DNA of 60,490 bases, filler included, from Gonapodya sp. JEL0774 (Eukaryota): the NCBI GenBank assembly GCA_027604505.1. It is 5 parts of 5 records of this genome, joined end to end, with 100 filler letters (N's around TTAATTAATTAA, not from the genome) between each part and the next. Parts side by side here need not be neighbours in the genome. Positions count along the whole stretch, not along the records: positions 48,540 to 60,490 come from JADIIX010000353.1; 4 more parts are not named here. The stretch is one strand, 5' to 3'. Position 1 is the first letter of the stretch, and each line of letters starts with the position of its first letter. Shown here piece after piece: positions 50,200-60,490 of this stretch. The notes beneath the pieces are model-generated. The model did no database searches and was not told the origin of the DNA. It worked only from the letters and a program-made list of their open reading frames with translations. Both the position numbers and the translations under genes were made by a program.

Positions 50200-50915
50200 T
50201 TGAATAACATCTGTCATGATGGAAAGAAGCGCTTGTTCTATTGATCTCGGTGGATTTAGAGAAGCCGGTTGGTTCAGGATGAGGGGATCAGCAACGATCG
50301 AGGGGCAATTACCTTTCGAATCTCCGATCAGGGGGCAGAGGTTGGCGAAGAGAACTCAAGCACCAAAAGGACCCACCCAATATCGAATTGCGTTTCGTCG
50401 CGTTCCATCTATGATTTCCCTCCTACATACATTGACTTGGAGACTAGCGTTGGAGCGACAACGGTGGAGCTTTCAATATATATCTGACGGAACTGGTGCG
50501 TGGTTGTTTGATTCTGCAAATTATATCAGAGTATTGACCGGTCACCACTTTTCAGCATTGATGAGCAGTTTGGCGATTCCGACGGGGACCATTCGTGCAA
50601 GACAATCAATCTCTGATATTGAATCATTTAACCCTGTGCATTCGAGTTACACAACAAGAACATTGCAGCACACTAATCAATTTTAAGGCCTAAAGGTCAG
50701 CAAAGGTAAAATGGCAAACTGGATCACGAACTGAATGTTATTCCCCTCCCGGTTGAACTTATTGAGAAAAGCACACAGAAAAAGTCCGAATCAAAAACAC
50801 CACCATTTCGAGTTCACCCAGCACACGTCCACGTATTTGACTTTGGCACGACTTGCAAGTTGGAGTCGCGATCGTTCCAGCGATGGTGACCTCATCAATG
50901 AAGGATCTTGGTGAG

Positions 50916-52096
50916 CTAAAGTTGCGACGTCAGGCCGCCACCTATAGCACCTATAGCACCGGTTGCAATGATCTCAAACACATCGACGGTACAGATAGAA
51001 GGTGATATCAGAGGTGAGAGCGAGGTGAGAGCAGAGTGAGAGGAAACCGTGCGACCGGTTATGCAATCGTGGAAATAAGAACGAACTTGTGGATCAAACT
51101 CACTAAGGGTGCCGAAACGCTGAAAATTTCCATAAAGGAACGTTATCGAAATCATAGGTGTATGAATACCGCGAAATCCAACCTGTCGTGAACACGTTGC
51201 CGTTCGAACACTCTTCAAAGTTCACACCCACCTCCCGACCACCGCCGCTGCACATGCCATAGCAGCGCCAGCCATTCCTCCTGCCACGCTGCATGCGAGA
51301 GTGGATCGAGCCCGGTGCGAAATGGGGAGGTCGAAGATGAAGCGGACGAGGTAGACGGTGCAGACACAGAGGATCTGCGGAGAGGGGTTGGGAATATCTT
51401 AGAGGTAGTCACGATGGGAACACTGACTTTCATTTATGACATCGTGCATGTAGAGGAAGCACAGTCACTGGTGTGTACTCGGAATGGGGGAGCTCTCAGG
51501 ATCGCAAACAGAGTAACCGGTAGTGACCGGTGTCATTCGCCCCCTCTTGCCCAGCTCCCTACACTGCAAAATTCATACGGTTGAGCACAGCGACTTACCG
51601 TGACGCTGACTAGTTGCCTCCCAACCGCTTCTACGGCGACCTGCACGCCATCCAGCAGCCGCGGAACTTCCTTCACAACCCCCTCGAGCGCCTCGTCCAA
51701 TCTTTGCCTGACCACTTCAACAAGAGGTGCCTGCCATGTGTCCGGATTCCTCAAAGCCGCGAAAGCGGTCTCTGAGAGGTCGTCGGCTGCTTTCGATTCG
51801 GGTGACAGAATCATTTTCACCGCCTGCGGTACTGCGCTGTAAGGTCCTGCTCCCGTGACGTGCTGAAGGGCCTCAACAACGCCAGCGGAGACCCCTGCGC
51901 GTACCGAGCGAAGAGCGGTTTCGTAGGCATCCGGAGCAAGGTGGGGAGATGAAGTGACGGACGAAACGGCGAAGGGAATGTGAGAGCCAGATGTGGGAAT
52001 GGAGAGGCGGGCGCCAGAGAGGAGGGTGGGCAACCGGGCTGGGTTTGGGAGACATGGAGGAGCACACGTAAGCCCAATTTCGAGAAGATCGGACAT
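50916..52096 (-). CDS. Hypothetical protein, multi-exon
   Basis: Long helical-looking ORF (51533-52138) plus downstream exon-like segments with GT-AG boundaries. Confidence 0.35.
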
Positions 52097-52580
52097 GATC
52101 CGGCAACAACTGAGTGAAGAGGTAAAACTCACATGCAATTTCGGTGGCTGAAATTGGCGCCATCGTTGCTTCTCGATGTTTTTCTCGCACAGCAGAAGGA
52201 CGTGTTCAGGGTTGACGGTTAGCGCCGCCTAAACGACATTTAAGCGCGACAGAACTCCGGATGCTCCAACGATGAAGGGCACGAGCCAGGCCATGGTGGT
52301 GCTTGCCAAAGACCTCCCGAACAAGAGACGACTGGGACACCCCCTAAGGCAGAGTTTGTCGTGATAAATCTGAATGGAACACTCAACTTGCTCACCCCCG
52401 TCATGGGAAGGCAAGCACCGGTCATTTCAGAGCTCCCAAACCGTTCCTGCCGGTCGAACACATACGTAAATTATCATCTAAGTATTCAACAGTATGTCGC
52501 GGTACAAAAAATTGAACATAATCTTGCGTGTATCTTCGATCTATAAGATCTCACCATTAGCTTAGCGACACCGCGCATTG

Positions 52581-53792
52581 TCACTCTTCCACCACGTTCA
52601 GCTTTCGTCCTTCAGCGCTCGCACTGTCAGGTCGAATCATGAGCGCTCTCGCCCTCGCGTACACCACACATCCATCACCATGCTCCGCTTCTCCAAAAGT
52701 CCACGGGGCGTAGTTGTGATGCCCAGGACGACGCCGGTGTACCTGCTTGGCCGCACCGGCGCGTTCTGTTTTCTGCTCACCGTCCGCATGAACCTCTCCA
52801 TTGAACCCCACCACCCTGGCCTCACACCACACTTTCTTCCCTTCTTCCTTTACCACACGCGCCTGCCATGCGTACATCCCCGGCAAGGGAACTGGCTGCA
52901 GAAAGTCTACAGAGAGATTTGCTGTGAAGATGGGAGCACGGAGGTGGAGCATGCAGACGGTACCCAAAGCGTCGTCAAAAAAGGCCGATAGTGCCCCGCC
53001 GTGGAGGATGTGGTGGTGACCCTTTGATTGTTTGAAAGAACGCACGGACAAGGGGAACGGAGAGATCGCGAACGAGCAGGAGACACCACTTTAATACAAC
53101 CGGTCCTCTATCATTGTACAATGGAGAACTGTATCCGTGCTTGTTTTGCAACTCACCGAAAACCCCTCTCTCACCTCACCCACTCCCGTCACCACTCCCG
53201 AACTCTGCTCCCACAATACGCTCCACCTCTCGATCCTTCCCGTCCCATCACCAGGCGCCGCAATGCACGTCCTCCACATATAGGTATTCGTCGTCTTTAT
53301 GCGCATTTGAGAAGCCGAGTCGTCGGGGTTGTTGTCGACGTGGAAAGCGAGGCGGGCGGATGGGGACACGGATCGGGCGAGGAAGGCTCGCGCGGTGGGA
53401 TTGGAGCAAAATGGATGTGAAGATGGGATAAGACGGTGAAGGGAGTCGTAGTCCGGGATGGGCGGAAGGGACGATAGTTCGGAACCCGAAGCTTCACGCT
53501 CCGATCCTCCCTGTTCCCTGGCCGATGACGGGATGCGTGAATGATGTCCAGTCACATCAGAAGATTTCACGCGGATAGCTGTACTCTGACCCCGCCCATG
53601 CGCTTGTTTCCAGTGTATGTGGAAGCAAGGTTCACTCCACGATAATTGGCGGGGAGCTGACAAAGGCAGAGAGGCGGAACTTCCCAACAACCGACTGGGG
53701 AACGAGTGAAGATGGGTGGAATATCGCACAAGGCTTAAAAGTCTCATCCGAAGAAAGAGCGTCGAAGAGGTGATGGGCAGCCAATACTGCAT
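52581..53792 (-). CDS. Hotdog-fold acyl-CoA thioesterase (PaaI/THEM4-like)
   Basis: KGHHHILHGGALSAFFDDALG, FTANLSVDFLQPV, EGKKVW. Confidence 0.82.
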
Positions 53793-54094
53793 TGGTTGCG
53801 GGACTTTTCGAAACTCTTACCATCCTGATCGAACAGGATTATTCCAAAGTTGACTTAGGTCCAAATCGTGATTTACGACATTGCAAGTGCTTTCCGTATG
53901 AAGCAGCTAGCAATCACAGACCTCCACAATGTCGAACCGACTTGTTCATGGTTGACAAACGTATCATAGGCAGACTCTACATTCACAGCGCAGTAAGCAC
54001 AAAACCAGTACGAAAATCTCGAAAAGGCGCACTGGTATCCTGTCCAGCTGTGGAATGGCCTGACGAGTGGATGAATTCCCTCCCCTAAGCCCTT

Positions 54095-54703
54095 TCATAA
54101 GCCGGACTTCATTTTCTCCACCGACTCCATCACTGCACTCCTCAAATCTTTGGTCGCCTCGAGCTTTGTGACACCGTACACGATGACTCCCGTAGCTAGT
54201 CCCAAACTGCCACCTCGCCACATCCTCACCAACGGATTCCCACCAGGCAGGGCAAAATTCCCCACGAGTGCCCCAACGAAGGCTCCGAATGCAGCGTGCC
54301 TATCCACGTCTACCTGACCAGCGTTGTGGACGATCCTGTAGGCTCGATCGTCAACCCCGTCTGCGTCCATGTCGTACGATTTTCCGACAACCATCGCCAG
54401 TCCAATGGGGATGCCAAACAATGCACCTAGAGCTGGTGGACGAGAAAGTGAAACGAGGAAAGGTCGTGGGGTTTTGGAGCGAAGTCGGAAAAGAGGGGAG
54501 AGGACGAGACCGAGGAGGGAACCGGCCTGACACAATCAAAACCATTAGAAACGGAATATGCAAATCGCCATCGTCGGAAAATGTCGCAATTCGGATCTCT
54601 GGTGCCGATATTGGGGCTCGGAGGTGAGTCTCGCAATGTGACTCACTTGGACAGACTTCGCAACCACATGCGTAGTGACAACAGCGCCGGTGTTTTTGGG
54701 CAT
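54095..54703 (-). CDS. Small membrane protein, DUF1757-like
   Basis: HVVAKSVQ|AGSLLG and DGVDDRAYRIVHNAGQVDVDR flanked by Gly-rich TM helices. Confidence 0.65.
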
Positions 54704-55097
54704 TCCATCAACAGAAGAGTCTGTGACGCGAAGAAGGAGTTCTGGACCGTTAGAGGGCATTGCGCTTGGTGGTTGTAAGTGTTGGTCGTGAAATGATGTG
54801 ACTGTGGTCGAAGTCTGGCACTGAACCATTCCTCACTGAGGTCATGCACTCTGGTTTCAAGAATAGCGAGCAAAGTACGAGCCTTGCTATATGTGTCGAT
54901 TGGCTTGATATGGGGTTTGTCATATAGCTCGCGTGCATTTTGGTTACTGGACGTCACTTCGAACATATCACGTGCCCCCACAACCGTTTTGGTCAGAGCA
55001 CTCGTGACCAGTGGGTGGGAGACACCAACCCACCCTTAACATCCCACACAACCCACACCTTCGACTTTACGTCATCGCTCACGCCACACTTTGCATC

Positions 55098-55920
55098 ATG
55101 TCCGACTCTTTACCCTCGCTCGCGCTCCCTCCTCCTGCCGAGTCTTCCCTCTCGTCGGCCCCGAAACTCGAACCTTTCCGCGGAACCGTAACCGGTGCCG
55201 TAACCGGTGCCGTAAACGTTCCAAAAACAGGTGCAGCTGTGATGGGCGTAGCTGTAGGTGCTCCTTCTGCGGTTCCGGTCGCGATTCCAACGGGAATGAA
55301 GGGAAAGAGTGGGAGTGGGGCAAGCCGGAGCGGAAGCGGGACATGGGGGCAGCCGCAACTCACCAGAGGGTGAGTAAATGGACCTTGTTAATTGGCAGGA
55401 AGCTCTCTTCGGTAGCGAGAACTTCCATCTCATTCCACTCCACTCACTCCTTCCTGGAACAGCAACTCCCTGTCATCCGCAAGCCCACTGTACGGCTCTC
55501 CTCCAAGTGCGTCACCCATCTCAATTCACTCCCACTCAGATTTTGCTCCTTCAAGTCCTACCAGCTCGAACCCAACCTGGGGTTTTTCAAAGCCTGGAGC
55601 AAGTGCTCCGCGGGTTACGGTGGGGAGTCCGACCAGAGCCAACACTATGGATATATACAAGGTACGCCATTTGGAGTGATGCTTTGGAATGACATGGTGC
55701 GAGAACCTCGACGGGTGGAGGAGGCGGCATGCGGGAGAGGTTTAACTGCAAAGTGCGGAGAAACCTGTCATCGAAGCATCCAGACCCATACGACTGTAAT
55801 TGCAGAAGCTGCACGCCAAAAGGGACGGCTGCTATTCGCGCGCGTACCTTCACGAGAAAGTTTCTGAGTGCGGAGCTATGGTCGAACCATGTGAACCCCA
55901 GAACACACGCAGGGGCGTGA
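55098..55920 (+). CDS. Hypothetical protein
   Basis: ATG 55098, low-complexity first exon ending in a GTGAGT donor, then a Cys-containing downstream exon. Confidence 0.3.
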
Positions 55921-56516
55921 GCTAGCTAGGCGAAGGGAAACATTAATGATCTTCTTCGATGGACGGGTTGTGCGATTTGGGAGAACAATTCGAGTACTGT
56001 GGGAGATGTGGTTTTATGGCGGTCTGGTACGATTAATCAATTTGTAGGAATGTTTCGACAATTCGAGGAGTGAGCCTCGAACAGGAGATCCGGATCTTGT
56101 GGGGACACTTTACTCTTTGGGCAACTCCGCAAAGCGGATAGTGCAACCGCCATTGTCTAGAAGACTCGCAGATCGAAGGGGTGCCGATGGTCATTTGCCA
56201 AGTAGATGGTGTCGACTAGGCGACGGAGACCGGGACGAGTTCGTTTTTTCGTCCAGCGTCCTTGATTCACACTCACCGCTCTTGTCCTTCCTCACTTCCG
56301 TCCCCATCACAATCACGAAACGATGTTCTATTCGCTACACACTCCACCCTCCTCCACTCTGCCATTTCCTCACTGGCGTACCCGAACCCTTCCATCACCA
56401 CGTTGTCTCCATTATCTCCAACCCTTTCACGTCACGTGCTGTGCCTATGATTCTCATTTGGTCAACTCCGTGCACGGACTTCCGCTCTTAACCTTGCGAC
56501 CCTTCCTCACGAAGCT

Positions 56517-57519
56517 TCACAACGCAACCCTCGCCTCCCACGAGCAGCTCTTCAAGTAGATACCCAAGATTCTGTTCTCTTCCTCCGTTAGGAAACCCGC
56601 TACATTCGATAAGCTCTTATACCGTGAAACGAAGGCAACACCAAGCGGAAGAATGGGAGAAAGTCGGAAATTTTCGTATTTGTGTTCTGTTAATGTGGCG
56701 GGCTGGGAAGTACGAAGTGGGACGTGGTTCGGACAGCGGACATAGCACATTCAAGCCGGAGCTGGTGGTGCACGTCGCGCGGACAACTTTGATTCCCCGG
56801 AGCACCTTTCTCATTCCTTTATTTGATTTTCTCTCGCGTGTTCCATGTTCTAAAGAAATTGGCTATTTTTCAATTACTGTGATTGTATATGCAAATTGAT
56901 TCTTCTTTCAATAATGTTGTCACGCATATGAACATCTCCACCATACTGGAGGAAAGCTTATATGGCGCAGATCTTCTACCACGCTGACATGTCCTCTCTC
57001 CAAAGCGAACAACTATGCACCGGCTCGCATGAGTGCAGAAACGCTTGCACCTCGATCAAGGAAGCGTCGTACCATTTCACCATCGCCATTCTGAGCAGCA
57101 CAACGGATAGCGTACTCCTGATTTGAGCCTATGTCAGCACCATACTCAAGGAGAATCCTGACAGCCTCTTTGTGTCCCGCAGAGGCCGCCTGGTGCAAAG
57201 CTGAATTCTTATTGACTTGACGCTCGAGACTGTAGCTGTGATCCAACAGAAAGAGAACGATATTTGACCCTCCAGACCTTGAAGCGATTTGGAGGGAGCT
57301 GTCGAAGTCATCTTTCAGAAGGAGCTTAACGATATCCAAGGAACCCATCGTGGACGCTAGGCGGAGATGGATCGAAGAGCACGGCAAAGCGGTAGTCCCA
57401 GCCTCGTCTCGAGATGCCGACCGACTCTAAGAATCACTTCAGGTGGGAGCCGTGTAAGAGGAAACGGATTGTTTTCACGATGAACTTCAGTTGCAGAGGG
57501 AAGGATTAGGGATCCCATA
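56517..57519 (-). pseudogene. F-box-like + ankyrin repeat gene, apparently disrupted
   Basis: The PLTRLPPEVILRVG frame stops at 57357. Ankyrin repeats (ALHQAASAGHKEAVRILLEYGAD, AIRCAAQNGDGEMVRRFLDRGA) continue in another frame with no obvious intron. Confidence 0.55.
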
Positions 57520-57791
57520 ATTGACGACACAGTCGGACGGCGTGTTCCTATCAAAATGTTCTTTCGAATGAGACTTGCAGGTCGACTCAGTATGGAAAGA
57601 GCTCACTGGTGCTTTCGAAACAAACACGATGTGATCAAAGTGCTCTTGGTTCCATCCACTGAATAACTTTGGCCACGATGCACGGGCCAAGGCGCTTTTT
57701 CACATCAAAATTGTATTACGATGTAAAGCTGCAAAACAATGAATGCAAAGCACCTTTTTGCAGTTGGCAGTTACTGCAACAGACAGCAATA

Positions 57792-58812
57792 CTACGGTAT
57801 GTTGGGTATTGACACTCCGATTGTTGCAAGATCGGCTTTCACGAAACAAGTCCAACAATGTCCCTTCCAAGACTCGAGTGTAAAGTACTTTCCGTTGCCG
57901 AAGGACCGCTTACAACCACACTTCGGGCATTGCTCCGAGAATTTATCACCGTCCTCTCCGGCAGTCATATACCCTTTGGCATCTAAATACCGAATGATGC
58001 GTGCATACGCCCGCTCCTGGTTTTGATCTTGACATCTCTTTGTTTGATCCTCGGATATCTTTTTGCTTAAAATGTCTCCGAGTGTTTCCGTGCTCAGCTC
58101 ATGAAACTTGCGAGCCAACTCCATACCAGAGATGCTTGTGTATGGTCCCCACAGACGATCGTACGCATCCTCACGCAGTTTTGCCTTCAAGTCTTTCAAA
58201 TTGTATCGGTCCGCGAGTACAAATGTATCCAATGATCCCAAGGGATGTTTCAGCTCCAAGAAACAACCTAGATCAGTGGTGAGACGTGGGATTTCATATT
58301 TGTCGGCGAACGCAAGCAGATCTGCGACATTGTCCCTCGCGAATCCAGGATTGGGTTTGAGGTGAAGCCAGTTACAAAACACGCTGACTGTCGATATAGA
58401 TTCCGGGAGGGGCACAATCTATAGATGACGCAGAACTTGGAGGTGGCTGAAAATTGGGGAGAGGGCTTCAGCTACTTACTGGTGCCGTCCTTGTGTTCTT
58501 TGCCTGGTTCATATCCTCAAGCATGGTTTTGAAGAAGCCGGAAGCTGAACTGAGCTGCGCCCAAATTTCGAAGTGCTTGACACGGGGAGCGGCCTCTTCC
58601 GCAAAAGGTCAAGAACGCATAATAGAGTGCGAAGAGCACGACATATCAAAACATACCGCACGTGGGACATCTTCTTTGAGGGTGAGGCAGTTCGGCACAG
58701 CCTCGGTCGGAGTGCTCTCATCGCTTTCTGGCAGCGAAACTTCCAAAATGATCTTCATGATCTGATCCACTATGCCAACACCTTCCTCCACCGAGCCATC
58801 GGTAGCATTCAT
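57792..58812 (-). CDS. BTB/POZ domain protein with a C-terminal Cys cluster
   Basis: QLSSASGFFKTML, LPESISTVSVFCNWL, LLAFADKYEI, FVLADRYNL; CPKC...CWTC. Confidence 0.75.
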
Positions 58813-59152
58813 TGCGAGAATTTAGTCTCTGACAATGTTAAACCTTGTTGCGATGTGGATCTTCAGATAAATGTTGGAAACTGGTGCATATTGTGGCGAA
58901 ATGATAGCTTGTGGTGATTCGCCGCATCGCAGGTCTCACACTTGCACTGACTATGCCAAACATCATGGAAATGCCGAAATCAAAAAAACTCGTAGTGGTT
59001 AGCGAATGCCAATGGACAAGACTGTGCGATCCGACTTTGCAGCACTCCTGGATCGAGAAACATGATTCGCATCACATGGGGCAGGCATTTTCATCAGCGG
59101 TCGATTGAATGATCTAATTTCCGAAAGTACACAACAACAGGGATAAGACAAC

Positions 59153-60100
59153 TTAGCAAAAGTAGATAAGGAGAAATGGAGTCCTTTCTTTGCAGCAGGT
59201 TTTTGAAAGCAAGGAGATTCGTTCGTGTGGAATCGAATTGTTGACGTCATTCACAAATTTGCCGCTCGGTCTTCTAACCAATAGTGCCGGGCGTACAAAA
59301 CATAACTCTACACATTTAAGCTCCGAAATCACTATGGAGCTCAAACCCAGTGGTGGAAGCACGGACATGTCAACCTTTGTTTCTGCAGCCCCATCAATAT
59401 CCATGATGCCCCCGGTCAGAAGAGGGTCAACCCTTCCCCTCAAGACTTCAAGATATGTGCATCATAGCTCATGGCATGCTCGAAGTTTTTCAAGGACATG
59501 AATACAGATCTAGGGTCGGTGAATGGTAGCGGCGTCAGTGGACCGTGCGTTCCGATCAACTGTCTTCGTGTCACTGGGTCTCTATCGTCCACTGTCCAGA
59601 TTTCCACTAGGTTATTCCTCTCCCGGAGCTCGAGTGCGTTGTGGAGGTCTTCCATAAGTGGATGCGGTATGATCGGGACTTGTGCTTCAGTTTCGAGAAT
59701 GCTTCAGACATGCTCAATCTCGCCGGCAAGTATGAGGTTCCTCGCCTTTTTGAGGACGTCAGAGCGTATCTGTAATCCGAGGCGCCATATCCTCCTGTTG
59801 AGCTCCTGGTCATCGCTGATGTGCACAAACTTGAAATTAACTAAGTCTCAAGAACAAAGTATGGGAACTCGCGTGCCAAGAGATTTGGAACCTTCCCAGC
59901 CAAAGCAAGCCCGTGTCTCGAAAATTGAAGGATAGATCTTATGCTACATCGTGCAGGCAGACGTTGGCAAAGATTCTGGGGAAACTGACGGGGGACACGG
60001 TGGCAAAATTGTTGATTGAGAAAATTCATGATGATCGCCCCACAAAATAAATAGCTTGATGATATGACTTGACGGTAACACAATCAATAGATTTCATGGC
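59153..60100 (-). pseudogene. Decayed gene with a possible C-terminal PD-(D/E)XK nuclease-like motif
   Basis: Protein-like frame interrupted by TGA (59704-59706) and a frameshift near 59445. KVDMSV...IVISELK resembles the D...ExK nuclease motif. Confidence 0.35.
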
Positions 60101-60490
60101 TCGGAGCTGCTGGGAAGTGATGAAGTGATGGTGATTTATAGCAGGGGTACGTGTCCACAGCTTCAGTGGGCTTCCTGCACTGAGCAGCAGCAAAGCAACT
60201 GACGCATTTTCTCCTCGTTCGGAGAAATTTTACCAATTAATGTTTGGCTGGCTCAAGAAACAAGACGGTGGATCAGGTGGAAATGGAAGCGGCGGCGGTC
60301 GGCGAGGGGGCAAGCGGCAGGGTGGTGGAGGGAAGGGAGAAGACGATGGTTTTGACTACGCCAGTTTCGGAATCGATCCAAGTCTGTTTAAAATACCCGG
60401 GATAGATGGAACCGACGGGATGGATGCAAATGGAGACGACACAGAGGGAGAAGGTCTCGATGAGAACGACATTGATGATCCAAAGCTTCT

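Noticed and set aside
58609..58611. In-frame TGA in the BTB gene
   Set aside because: It falls inside a probable intron beginning GTATGT.
59704..59706. In-frame TGA as possible selenocysteine
   Set aside because: No redox motif, and a nearby frameshift indicates pseudogene decay (likely CGA to TGA).

Overview
Eukaryotic, intron-rich DNA (short GT-AG introns, mostly GTGAGT donors), most consistent with an early-diverging fungus. SepSecS plus otherwise fungal genes (UreF, DUF2408, ACS-type MFS) fits a selenocysteine-using lineage such as Monoblepharidomycetes (Gonapodya-like); this taxonomy is inferred. The window is five unrelated ~12 kb contigs joined by artificial N-TTAATTAATTAA-N linkers, so gene adjacency across linkers is meaningless. 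The standout locus is on contig 2, a head-to-head amyloid-signalling pair. One partner is an apparently intact 6-exon NLR (12998-15876, minus) with an N-terminal HET-s-like amyloid motif, NB-ARC, TPRs and, unusually for fungi, C-terminal 28-aa LRRs each on an 84-nt exon. The other is a frameshifted het-S-like gene (HeLo domain plus two-repeat prion-forming domain, 16178-17064, plus). The ORF track misses the spliced amyloid and LRR parts. Other notable genes are SepSecS, an EGF plus rhomboid-pseudoprotease fusion, and a metacaspase with a large repeat-rich linker. All family calls come from motif recognition by eye; no database searches were run.
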